Source: Patescibacteria group bacterium (lineage in GTDB: Bacteria; Patescibacteriota; Minisyncoccia; Phycocordibacterales; Phycocordibacteraceae). From it: a stretch of 64,000 nt of DNA. The stretch is taken from assembly GCA_040390125.1 (NCBI GenBank), contig JAZJYZ010000001.1, positions 243,026-307,025 on the forward strand. Reading direction: 5' to 3'. A program made the translations under genes and the position numbers. Below are positions 26,349-35,695 of this stretch, in pieces; position 1 is the stretch's first letter; the number at the start of each line of letters is the position of its first letter. The notes under the pieces are model-generated. The model worked only from the letters and a program-made list of their open reading frames with translations, did no database searches and was not told the origin of the DNA.

Positions 26349-29297
26349 ATGGCGATTCGGATTGATGTAGTGCCTACCATCCCCGACGCACGTGCAGATG
26401 TAAAAAAGAAAGAATTTCAAAATCTTGTTCCAAGTGCCTCTATTCAAGCAGTGCACGTTGTTGACTCCTACCTCATTGATGCCCCTCTCTCGAAGGCTTC
26501 GCTTCTAAAAGCGGAAGTGGCACTGGTGAACCCTACGGTCGAGCGGTCTTTCATTGGCCGTTGGTTACCGGAGTCTTTCCAGGTGGCAATTGAGATTGGC
26601 TTTCTCCCGGGCGTGACCGACAACGTAGGGAACACTGCCACGGAAGCCATTGCAGACACCACCAAGCGAGCATTCAAGTCGGGCGAGAAAGTATATTCAC
26701 TCCAGGTGTTTTTTATTGAAGGCAAACTTTCTTCTGCACAAGTAGAAAAAATAGCATCAAGTCTCTATAACCCGCTTATTCAATCGGTGCAGATTTACGA
26801 TGTATCGCTCAAGGCTAAAAAAATACCAGCGGGCGTTCCTAAGGTTGAGCTCAACGGGTCATCTCGTGTACTTGAGGTAAACATGGAGGTTGATGATTCT
26901 GAGCTCATAGCAATAGGAGCTCATGGCATTAAAGACGAACAAGGTGTACCTCGAGGGCCTTTAGCGCTTGACTTGAATGCACTCCACGCAATTCGCAATC
27001 ATTTTCGTCGTCTCCGTAGAAACCCGACGGACGTGGAGCTTGAAGCTCTTGCACAGACGTGGTCAGAGCATTGTAAGCACACCATATTTGCAAATCCACT
27101 CGATTCAATTTCAGAAGGTATTTACAAGAAATATATTAAAGGAGCAACGGCACGTATTCGTGCGAAAAAAGGAAAGAAAGATTTTTGTGTGTCAGTTTTC
27201 AAGGACAATGCCGGAGGCATTGTGTTTGACGAGGAGTATGTGGTCACGCATAAAGTGGAAACCCACAACAGCCCATCCGCTCTCGACCCATTTGGTGGTG
27301 CCATTACCGGCATTGTGGGTGTGAATCGAGACACGTTAGGGTTTGGGCTCGGTGCAAAACCCGTTGCGAACGTATATGGTTTTTGTTTTGCCTTTCCTGA
27401 GGACACGAGGAAGTTATATAGAGATAAAAACCTGACACAGGAAATGCTTCCCCCAAAGAGAATTGCAGAAGGTGTCATAAAAGGAATCAACGCAGGAGGG
27501 AACCAAAGTGGCATCCCCACCCCAAATGGCTTCATGATTTTTGATGAATCCTATCGCGGAAAGCCGTTAGTATTTGCAGGGACGGTGGGCTTGATTCCAC
27601 AAAAGAACGGCAAGCGAATCCTGTATGAGAAGAAAGCACGCCCTGGAGATTACATGGTTATGGTTGGGGGCAAAGTGGGCTTAGACGGCATTCATGGTGC
27701 AACATTTTCATCGGTGAGTTTGGATTCAGGAAGTCCGGCAACAGCGGTGCAAATTGGAGATCCTATTACTCAGAAGAAATTTTCGGATGCCATTTGCAAG
27801 GAAGCAAGAGATTTGAATCTGTACAATAGTATTACCGACAATGGTGCAGGGGGCTTGTCGTCTTCTGTCGCTGAAATGGCGAGAGAATCAAACGGGTGCA
27901 AGGTGGATCTTGAAAAGGTGCCGCTCAAGTATCCTGGGCTTGAGCCTTGGCAGATATGGATTTCAGAGTCCCAAGAGCGAATGACGCTCGCAGTACCTAA
28001 AGGTAAATGGAAAGCATTCGCTACCCTGATGAAACGCCGTGGCGTTGAAGCCACTATTATAGGAGAGTTCACTCGCTCGGGGAGTTGTGTGATCACCTAC
28101 AAAAAGAAAAAAGTGATGGATTTAAAGCTTGCATTCTTGCATGACGGTCTACCTAAAGTGCAGATGCATACAAAGAAACCCGAATTTGTTTTTGAAGAAC
28201 CTAAACTCACTGAACCTCAAGATTTTTCTGAAGCCTTGCTGAGAATGCTTTCTCGTCACAACATTGCATCGCATGAGTTTCTTGCACGCCAATTTGATCA
28301 TGAAGTGCAGGGTGGTTCTGTTATAAAGCCGGTGCAAGGCGCTGGTCGTGTTACGGGAGATGCAGGTGTGTTTCGTCCACTCCTTAGCTCAAAGAAGGCG
28401 GTTGTACTTTCAAACGGGCTCACACCGTACTATGCAAACCTCGACCCATACAAAATGGCAGCCGCATCAATTGATACCGCTATCAGAAATGCCATCGTCG
28501 CTGGTGCAACCCTAGACCATCTCGCGATCTTAGATAACTTTTGCTGGACGTCATCCGATGAGCCAGAGCGTCTGTGGCAACTCAAAGAATCCGCACGAGC
28601 GTGCTACGACTACGCAACGCTTTACGGCACCCCGTTTATTTCAGGGAAAGACAGCATGTTTAATGATTTTAAGGGGTACGACGAAGACGGAGACTTTTTG
28701 AAAATTTCTATTCTCCCTACACTACTCATCTCAACTCTCGGTGTCATCAAAGATGCCGAAAAAGCAATTTCAATCGACGTAAAAAGTCCTGGCGACATTG
28801 TGTATGTGCTTGGAGAGACGCACGATGAGCTTGGTGGTTCTGAATACTATCGGATGCTTGGGAGTAAGATTGGTGGGGAAGTGCCTGCGGTGGATGGAAA
28901 AAAGAATCTAAAACTCTACCGTGCGTTTACCAAGGCAGGAGAGCTTGGACTAGTGGCTTCTGCTATTTCTGTAGGTAGAGGTGGACTTGCAGTCGCACTT
29001 GCTCGCATGAGTATGGCTGGAAAGCGTGGTCTTGATATAAATCTTTCAGACATTCCCGGCGATGCAAAGCGTGTTGATTCAATTCTTTTTTCAGAGTCTC
29101 AAGGAAGAATTGTCGCAACAGTTGCTCCTGAAAATGCTGAAAAATTTGAGAAACTTTTTGCAGATGTTGCTATCCATAACGTTGGTACGGTCACGAACGC
29201 CCAAACACTTTCCATAAAATGCTCAAATAGTCACTCTGCGCATTTTTCGTTTGAGCGAGCAATTCAAGCCTATCGTTCGACCTTTAAAAAATGGTAA
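26349..29297 (+). CDS. purL: FGAM synthase subunit PurL with N-terminal PurS-like domains
   Basis: QTWSEHCKH, KVETHNSPS..PFGGAITG, DGIHGATFSS, ITDNGAGGLSS, SESQERM, PFISGKDS; N-terminal LPGVTDNVG...NPLIQ. Confidence 0.93.
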   Translation: MAIRIDVVPTIPDARADVKKKEFQNLVPSASIQAVHVVDSYLIDAPLSKASLLKAEVALVNPTVERSFIGRWLPESFQVAIEIGFLPGVTDNVGNTATEAIADTTKRAFKSGEKVYSLQVFFIEGKLSSAQVEKIASSLYNPLIQSVQIYDVSLKAKKIPAGVPKVELNGSSRVLEVNMEVDDSELIAIGAHGIKDEQGVPRGPLALDLNALHAIRNHFRRLRRNPTDVELEALAQTWSEHCKHTIFANPLDSISEGIYKKYIKGATARIRAKKGKKDFCVSVFKDNAGGIVFDEEYVVTHKVETHNSPSALDPFGGAITGIVGVNRDTLGFGLGAKPVANVYGFCFAFPEDTRKLYRDKNLTQEMLPPKRIAEGVIKGINAGGNQSGIPTPNGFMIFDESYRGKPLVFAGTVGLIPQKNGKRILYEKKARPGDYMVMVGGKVGLDGIHGATFSSVSLDSGSPATAVQIGDPITQKKFSDAICKEARDLNLYNSITDNGAGGLSSSVAEMARESNGCKVDLEKVPLKYPGLEPWQIWISESQERMTLAVPKGKWKAFATLMKRRGVEATIIGEFTRSGSCVITYKKKKVMDLKLAFLHDGLPKVQMHTKKPEFVFEEPKLTEPQDFSEALLRMLSRHNIASHEFLARQFDHEVQGGSVIKPVQGAGRVTGDAGVFRPLLSSKKAVVLSNGLTPYYANLDPYKMAAASIDTAIRNAIVAGATLDHLAILDNFCWTSSDEPERLWQLKESARACYDYATLYGTPFISGKDSMFNDFKGYDEDGDFLKISILPTLLISTLGVIKDAEKAISIDVKSPGDIVYVLGETHDELGGSEYYRMLGSKIGGEVPAVDGKKNLKLYRAFTKAGELGLVASAISVGRGGLAVALARMSMAGKRGLDINLSDIPGDAKRVDSILFSESQGRIVATVAPENAEKFEKLFADVAIHNVGTVTNAQTLSIKCSNSHSAHFSFERAIQAYRSTFKKW

Positions 29298-29299
29298 TT

Positions 29300-29923
29300 A
29301 TGACTGAAGACGTAACAAAATTGAATTACGAAATCGCCCACGATTGGCATGCTGAAAAGAGTGCTTTGTATGATTGGCGGTCTCAAATTGATTCCTTCCT
29401 AAAGCTTTTGAGTCTCCCGTTGGCTAAAGTGCTCGATGTAGGGTGTGGTGATGAGAGGGATATTCGGACCTTTCGAGAGAAAGGGGTCAACGTTGAAGGT
29501 TTGGATTATTCCCACACATCCGTAGAAGTATTGAAGCAGAAATTTCCGACAGGGAAATTTTACGAAGCAGACATGCGGGCTACTGGGTTAGAGTCTGAGA
29601 GCTATGACGGTATCTGGGCGTGTGCCTCCATATTGAATCTTAAAAAAACCGACGTTCCTGTTGCTCTTGTTGAATTTAACCGCATTCTGAAAGCGAATGG
29701 CGTGCTATTCATCTCAGTTAAAGAGGGAGAAGGGGAGAGGATGGTTCCAGACAAAGCGGGCGAGAGATTCTTTAGTTTTTATTCTGAAGAAGAATTAAAA
29801 AGAATGATCGAGAGTGCCAGCTTCCAAGTAGTTCATACTGAAGTTATGGGAGATACGTTTTCTCTAGCATCACAAGGTGCAACCCTTCCCCGATGGATTT
29901 CTCTCTACGCAAAAAAAATATGA
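29300..29923 (+). CDS. Class I SAM-dependent methyltransferase
   Basis: VLDVGCG, GLDYS, YDGIWACAS, RILK..G.LF. Confidence 0.85.
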   Translation: MTEDVTKLNYEIAHDWHAEKSALYDWRSQIDSFLKLLSLPLAKVLDVGCGDERDIRTFREKGVNVEGLDYSHTSVEVLKQKFPTGKFYEADMRATGLESESYDGIWACASILNLKKTDVPVALVEFNRILKANGVLFISVKEGEGERMVPDKAGERFFSFYSEEELKRMIESASFQVVHTEVMGDTFSLASQGATLPRWISLYAKKI

Positions 29924-30729
29924 AAAATCCTCCCTCAAAGCCAAAAGCCAAAAGCCAAAAGCTAGTCCGTGTCTTGGTATTTTCCGGCTACGGCCTTAAC
30001 TGTGAAGAAGAAGCACGCTACGGCTTCGAGCTTGCAGGAGCGGACGCTGAGATTGTGCACATTAACGACATCATTGATGGAAAAGTGAAGCTTGAGAAAT
30101 ACCAAATCCTCGCATTTCCTGGAGGATTTGCGTATGGCGATGACACAGGCTCTGGAAAGGCATACGCAAATCGGGTAAAAAATCATCTTTCAAAACCTCT
30201 ACAGAAATTCATAAAGGAAAAAAAGCTCATTATAGGTATTTGCAATGGTTTTCAAATTCTCACGCAAATAGGATTGCTCGAGGGAGCACTTACATTCAAC
30301 GAATCAAATCGCTACTCCGACCGTTGGACAGACATGGAAGTTGTGGGTGCGAGCCCGTGGCTCAGGGGAATTAAAAATATATCAGCACCCATTGGGCACG
30401 GAGAGGGGAGGTACATTGCTGATCAAAAAACTCTTGCGAACCTGAAAGCGAAAAATGAGGTTGCACTTCGGTACGTGAAAGGTGACACGGCAACCTATCA
30501 AGACTTACCCGCAAACCCTAACGGTGCAACTGAAAACATTGCCGGTGTTCTTTCCCATGAAGGAAGGGTTTTTGGGCTCATGCCACACCCTGATCGTGCT
30601 CTTTTTACAACCACGCTTCCAAACTGGCCTATCTTAAAAGAAGAAGCAAAACGCACAGGCGCTTCGTTTCCTGAGCACGGACCCGGATTTCAGATATTTA
30701 AAAACGGAGTTGATTATTTCAAAAATTAG
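29920..30729 (+). CDS. purQ: FGAM synthase glutaminase subunit PurQ
   Basis: G.NCEEE, FPGGFAYGD, GICNGFQ, HGEGR, NPNG, GLMPHPDR. Confidence 0.92.
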   Translation: MKNPPSKPKAKSQKLVRVLVFSGYGLNCEEEARYGFELAGADAEIVHINDIIDGKVKLEKYQILAFPGGFAYGDDTGSGKAYANRVKNHLSKPLQKFIKEKKLIIGICNGFQILTQIGLLEGALTFNESNRYSDRWTDMEVVGASPWLRGIKNISAPIGHGEGRYIADQKTLANLKAKNEVALRYVKGDTATYQDLPANPNGATENIAGVLSHEGRVFGLMPHPDRALFTTTLPNWPILKEEAKRTGASFPEHGPGFQIFKNGVDYFKN

Positions 30730-30861
30730 AGGTATAATATATTTAATCAAACGCCACGTATCTAATGCGGTTTTTGGTTCCTCAAGACTGATTTTGGCTT
30801 AGAATCTATTCCGATAGGCTCTAAATAAAACGACGACATTCCTGCCGCCTCTACCAGAACC

Positions 30862-30886
30862 AGCCTTTTTTAAGGGCTTTTTTTGT
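30862..30886 (+). terminator. Terminator-like hairpin immediately upstream of the GT20 gene
   Basis: AGCCTT-TTTT-AAGGGCT followed by a T-run, about 15 nt before ATG 30900. Confidence 0.5.
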
Positions 30887-30899
30887 TTCCTTTTTATCT

Positions 30900-32585
30900 A
30901 TGTTTGAAACTGAAACTACACTTGAAAAAATACATAGACCACAAACTAACCATAAAATGGCGGATGGTCGCCATGGTGCATGGTCTGAAGCATCCACTAT
31001 GTTGGCGGAACTTTTGAGTAAAAAAACACGTTCAATAGAAGCGTCTCTCACACCGGAAACTCCACATTGGAAACGCATCATCATTGTGCACAATCGGCTT
31101 CCTTTCAATATTAAACACGATGCATTAGGGAATCCTTCTGTTTCGCCAAGTGCAGGTGGATTAGTAACTGCGATGTCGCCACTTTTCAAAGCTGGTATGC
31201 GTAGTAAATGGGTTGGCTGGCCAGGCACGGAGAAGGACGAAGGCCTTGAAGATGCCGTGCGTGCTGTCGCCAACGGTAAGGAGATAGGTATTGTTCGACT
31301 TACTAAAGATGAAGTAGAGGGACACTACGAAGGATATTCCAACAAAGTTTTAACGCCTTTATTTGAAAGTGCGATCGATAAAATCGATTATAGTGATATC
31401 GATACTAACTGGATTATTTATCAAGAGGTGCAGAAAAAGTTTGCCCATAAAGTAGCTGAGGACGTGCGTGCGGACGATGTTATATGGATTCATGATTGGC
31501 ATCTAACTGGTGTTGGTAAAGAGTTGCGTGAGATGGGTGTAGATCAACCTCTTGGTTTTTTCTTACACATACCCTTTCCGCATAAAGAAGAGCTTGCACT
31601 TCTGCCTCAATACAAAATATTGCTACAGAATCTTTTAGCTCATGACATCGTGGGTTTTCAGACAGATGTTTTTAAAAAACGTTTCATTGATGCGGTATGC
31701 ACATATATTCCTGGTGTTGTTGTTGAAAAACAATCCGACACTGTCACACTTTTGCACATTGGAGAGCGAGTTATTCGAGTGGGTAATTTCCCTATAAGTA
31801 TTGACCCTAAGGAATTTTTGGAGCAAGTTGCAGAGCCACCAACAGTAGAATACGCCAGACGATTAGATAAAGAGTTACGTAAAGATGGCGAAGTCCAATT
31901 GATTTTTAATGCTGGTCGACTCGATTACATTAAAGGATTTTATGAGGAATTGCTTGCGTTTGATCGTTTACTAGAAAAACACCCAGAGCTCATTGGGAAG
32001 GTGGTACTTTTCCAGTTAGTAATACCAAGTCGAGAGTCTATTCTTGCGTACAAAGAATATAAAGAAAAAATTCTTGCCTTGGCTGAAAAGATTAATAGGA
32101 AACATAAAATTGCAATTACACAAAAGCCGACTTCGGAATCTGAACAGGGTGAATCTTTTGCAGCGTACGAAGACATGCCAGTAAGGCAAGTGCACGCTCA
32201 TATGGACAGATCAATGTATTTGGCACATTTACACGTTGCCGATATTCAGAGTGTCCCTACAAAGGCAGATGGTATGAATCTTGTTGCTAAAGAGGGTGCG
32301 GTTGTTGGTAAGTCGACCATGGTGCAACTTCTTGGAAAAGATGCAGGTGTAGCAGAGGAACTTGCCGATTCCGCAGTTATTATTGATCCTGACAACACTG
32401 AATCATTTGCCGACGCTCTTTACGAGGCATATGCAATGAAGGATGCAGAAAAAACTACTCGAAAAAGTAAGATGCTTTCCGTTATACAGTCGAACGATGT
32501 CTTTAGTTGGTGGTCAAAAGAGCAGGGGCCACTTTTCCAAGAGGTGTGGACTGAAAAAACAAAAAATAACCCCTCACTTCACTAG
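30900..32585 (+). CDS. otsA: GT20 trehalose-6-phosphate synthase-like glycosyltransferase
   Basis: NRLP, SAGGLV, WVGWPG, WIHDWHL, FFLHIPFP, GFQT, FPISID, RLDYIKG, PSR, DGMNLVAKE. Confidence 0.85.
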   Translation: MFETETTLEKIHRPQTNHKMADGRHGAWSEASTMLAELLSKKTRSIEASLTPETPHWKRIIIVHNRLPFNIKHDALGNPSVSPSAGGLVTAMSPLFKAGMRSKWVGWPGTEKDEGLEDAVRAVANGKEIGIVRLTKDEVEGHYEGYSNKVLTPLFESAIDKIDYSDIDTNWIIYQEVQKKFAHKVAEDVRADDVIWIHDWHLTGVGKELREMGVDQPLGFFLHIPFPHKEELALLPQYKILLQNLLAHDIVGFQTDVFKKRFIDAVCTYIPGVVVEKQSDTVTLLHIGERVIRVGNFPISIDPKEFLEQVAEPPTVEYARRLDKELRKDGEVQLIFNAGRLDYIKGFYEELLAFDRLLEKHPELIGKVVLFQLVIPSRESILAYKEYKEKILALAEKINRKHKIAITQKPTSESEQGESFAAYEDMPVRQVHAHMDRSMYLAHLHVADIQSVPTKADGMNLVAKEGAVVGKSTMVQLLGKDAGVAEELADSAVIIDPDNTESFADALYEAYAMKDAEKTTRKSKMLSVIQSNDVFSWWSKEQGPLFQEVWTEKTKNNPSLH

Positions 32586-32593
32586 GTGAAATC

Positions 32594-33451
32594 TCAAACC
32601 TCGAATGCTTGTGACGCTTCATTTGTGAGTTCCAGCCACCTATCCTCAGTGAGCTTGGCTTTTGTGAAAATACGCGACAAAATACCTTCGTTTGGGAGTT
32701 GTGTAAAATTATATGCTGGGGCAACTCGCAGTTGCTCTTCTTTCAATGACACTTTTGGGAAAGTTGTCTGTTGGCTTTTGTGTGCTTCAAACAGTTGTTC
32801 TTTCAGGTTTCGCTCTTCTGCACTCAGTGGGAGTGAAAAGGTTTTGTTGTTTTTTGAGGGAACGAAACTTTGCCATGTGATATCTTCGATTTCTCCACGA
32901 TAGATAGGTGCTTCTATGATTTCTAAGGGTAACTTCTCTTTTGCCATTATCGCTTTTGCCATGTGCACTGCAAAAGCAGTGGCATCATGATCCGGGTGCC
33001 CTCCTTCATAAGAGTGGGTCAATACAAATCGAATATTGTTATTGATAAAAAGAGTGACAAGTCTTTCGATATTTTCAATGAGTTGAAATGCTACTTGCTG
33101 GTCTGTCACACCCAATGACACTCGTGGCCCTGTGTGTCCAGCAATATCGAGTGCATTTTTTAATTCATCGGCTCTTGCTACTGCATATTCTGCTTGTGTA
33201 TCGAATCCATTTTTCTGCCATTCTTTTGGGCTTTCAGGTGCTCCGTCTGTCACGTGCACCATGAGGCATCTTGGAAAGCGGGGAAGCTGGGCACCGAAAG
33301 CAATTGACTCATCATCAGGGTGTGCAACGACGACAGCAATTCTTGAATCATCAAGAATTGACTCACGCTTCTGGAGTTTCTCTAAAAAATCCAGGCTATC
33401 TCTGGGGCTTTGCTCTCGACGTTCTAGGTCATTTTCTCCCATATGTCTCAT
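32594..33451 (-). CDS. PIG-L/LmbE family de-N-acetylase (likely start 33442)
   Basis: VAHPDDES, VTDG, R..E...A, GGHPDH, H.SQ. Confidence 0.88.
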   Translation of the reverse strand: MRHMGENDLERREQSPRDSLDFLEKLQKRESILDDSRIAVVVAHPDDESIAFGAQLPRFPRCLMVHVTDGAPESPKEWQKNGFDTQAEYAVARADELKNALDIAGHTGPRVSLGVTDQQVAFQLIENIERLVTLFINNNIRFVLTHSYEGGHPDHDATAFAVHMAKAIMAKEKLPLEIIEAPIYRGEIEDITWQSFVPSKNNKTFSLPLSAEERNLKEQLFEAHKSQQTTFPKVSLKEEQLRVAPAYNFTQLPNEGILSRIFTKAKLTEDRWLELTNEASQAFEV

Positions 33452-33796
33452 TCTCTATTCGCAACCTTTGCCCAAGAACACCTAGTTCTTCAATTTGAAG
33501 TAGTAGACCTTCCCTTTGACGAGATTTCGGAATCCCTTCACCTAACCTGTCGGGTCTCAACACCCGGCTTTGTATGCCGAGTGCTTCAATGCTCAGTTGT
33601 ATGTGATGTCTCAGAATTGCAACGAATGCTGCTGGCATAGGATCTTGGTTGGGCTTTCTTTCGGACATTTTAAAAATATAACACAGTTTTTATTAAAAGC
33701 AATTTTTGTACAAAAACTAAGCAGACAAAATATTTTGTATATTACAAGTAACCTAATGACGACAAAGGCTTCAGTTGGTATACTAGTCGTACATCT

Positions 33797-34321
33797 ATGG
33801 GAACGGTACAAGTTGGCATCATTATGGGTTCGGATTCGGATTTGCCGGTGATGAAGGCAGCACTTGAAGTGCTTCACGATTTGGGAATTGAATCAGAAAT
33901 CACAGCACTTTCAGCTCACCGTGCACCTGAAGCTGTTGCCGAATACGCAAAGACTGCAGCCGAAAGGGGACTTAAAGTGATTATTGCAGGAGCTGGCGTT
34001 GCTGCGCACCTGCCAGGAGTCATTGCTGCATTCACTCCACTTCCTGTTATTGGTGTTCCTATAAAAAGCTCTGGCACTGCAGGCATTGATTCACTGTTTG
34101 CTATTGCACAGATGCCACCAGGAGTTCCCGTTGCAACAGTTGCAATAAACGGTGCAAAGAACGCAGGCATCCTTGCCGCTCAAATGATTGGCACTGGCGA
34201 CTCCGTTGTGCGGGAGAAAATAGTCGCATTCAAAGCAAAGCTTGAGAAAGAAGTGTTAGAGAAAGCACAAAAGATGGAAGAAAAAGGCTTTGAACGTTAC
34301 ATGAAAGAGAATCTCACATGA
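33797..34321 (+). CDS. purE: N5-CAIR mutase PurE
   Basis: IIMGSDSD, SAHR.P, IAGAG.AAHLPG, PVIGVP, QMPPGVPVATV. Confidence 0.96.
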   Translation: MGTVQVGIIMGSDSDLPVMKAALEVLHDLGIESEITALSAHRAPEAVAEYAKTAAERGLKVIIAGAGVAAHLPGVIAAFTPLPVIGVPIKSSGTAGIDSLFAIAQMPPGVPVATVAINGAKNAGILAAQMIGTGDSVVREKIVAFKAKLEKEVLEKAQKMEEKGFERYMKENLT

Positions 34322-35442
34322 CAGAACAATCTCTCTACGCAAAAGCTGGAGTTGATTACACAAAGCTAGAGCCGTTTAAGCAGGCGATGATTGCGGCGGG
34401 AAAGCGTACGACTAGTTTTCCAAACAAGAGAAATGTTTTTATTGCAGAAGATGTAATGCACTCACATGGTGCAGTGTATGAATATCGGGGAACAGAAGAG
34501 CATATTTGGTGTACGACGCAGGAAGGACTTGGAAACAAAAACTGGATTGCTGAGTGGATGTACCAGCATGAGGGCACGGGCAAAACGTACTACGACGCCA
34601 TTGCTATCGACACAGCCTTGATGATTGTCAACGATGTCATTGCGCAAGGTGCGATGCCGGTGGTTTTTTGTGACCACATTGATGTGGGTACGAGTGAGTG
34701 GTTTGCGGATGATAAAAGAAACAAAGATTTAGCGGATGGTTTTTATAAAATCTGTGAAGAGGTTGGCATGGCACTTCCAGCGGGGGAGTCAGCACCCTTG
34801 AAATATCTTTTGAAATCAGAGCCACCAGTGACTTCTGCGCCATCTCTTTCAGGCTCGGTGACCGGAATCATTTCTCCGAAAAGTCGTCTTATAACTGGGA
34901 AAAAGCTTGGAGCAGGCGATCACATCATTGCGGTTGCATCGTCGGGCCTGCATTCGAACGGCGTTTCATTAGTTATTCAAAAGGCACTTGAATTGCCTGA
35001 AAAGTTTTTAACAAAGCTTCCTAATGGCAATACGCTCGGAGCGGAATCCTTGATTCCTACACGCTCATACGTTGCCCTCGTGGAAGCTCTGCTTGAAGCA
35101 GGTATTGATATTCACGCACTTTTGCCTGGAACTGGGGACGGTGTAGGGAAGTTGGCGTTTGATAAACGCTCATTTACCTACCGTGTACATTCCTGGCTCA
35201 AGGTTCCAGATCTTTTTATGTATTTCAAAGATGTACTCAATGTTCCTCTCAAAGACTGCTTAAAAACTTTTAACTGGGGTGCCGGGTATTACATTTTTGC
35301 TGAAGCTTCAGAGGTGGAAAAAATAATTTCAATCGGTACAAAGGCTGGTTATACTCTTATGGACATTGGTACCGTGGAGGAGGGTAAGCGAGAAGTTATT
35401 TTTGAACCTGAGAATATAACTCTTCCACCTCCGGGGGAATGA
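34318..35442 (+). CDS. purM: AIR synthetase PurM (divergent)
   Basis: YAKAGVD, EGLGNK, VNDVIAQGA.P, GESA, SSGLHSNG.SL, PTRSY, TFNWG.G. Confidence 0.88.
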   Translation: MTEQSLYAKAGVDYTKLEPFKQAMIAAGKRTTSFPNKRNVFIAEDVMHSHGAVYEYRGTEEHIWCTTQEGLGNKNWIAEWMYQHEGTGKTYYDAIAIDTALMIVNDVIAQGAMPVVFCDHIDVGTSEWFADDKRNKDLADGFYKICEEVGMALPAGESAPLKYLLKSEPPVTSAPSLSGSVTGIISPKSRLITGKKLGAGDHIIAVASSGLHSNGVSLVIQKALELPEKFLTKLPNGNTLGAESLIPTRSYVALVEALLEAGIDIHALLPGTGDGVGKLAFDKRSFTYRVHSWLKVPDLFMYFKDVLNVPLKDCLKTFNWGAGYYIFAEASEVEKIISIGTKAGYTLMDIGTVEEGKREVIFEPENITLPPPGE

Positions 35443-35681
35443 TATTTTTTATGAGTACTCTTCTTGTTGTTTTTGAAGTAATTGTTTTGTACGGCGGATT
35501 TATTCTGTTGGCCGTAGGTACTCTCGTTGCTATTTTTATTCTTGGCAAAAAACTTGTTTCAAAATCACAGACTAGGAGAGATCGTCTTGTTACGATATTG
35601 GAGCTTGCTGTTCTTCTTGTGCTTGCCTTTGCTATACTTTTCCCTCATCAATTCGCTTCAGTTATGCGACTTATTATTTAA
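35439..35681 (+). CDS. Small two-TM membrane protein
   Basis: Two hydrophobic segments; ATGA overlap with purM. Confidence 0.55.
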   Translation: MIFFMSTLLVVFEVIVLYGGFILLAVGTLVAIFILGKKLVSKSQTRRDRLVTILELAVLLVLAFAILFPHQFASVMRLII

Positions 35682-35695
35682 TTTTTATTTTTAGT

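Noticed and set aside
33429-33877. Several overlapping short ORFs between the PIG-L gene and purE
   Set aside because: No motifs and mutually overlapping; none can be supported, although 33429-33668 (-) remains possible
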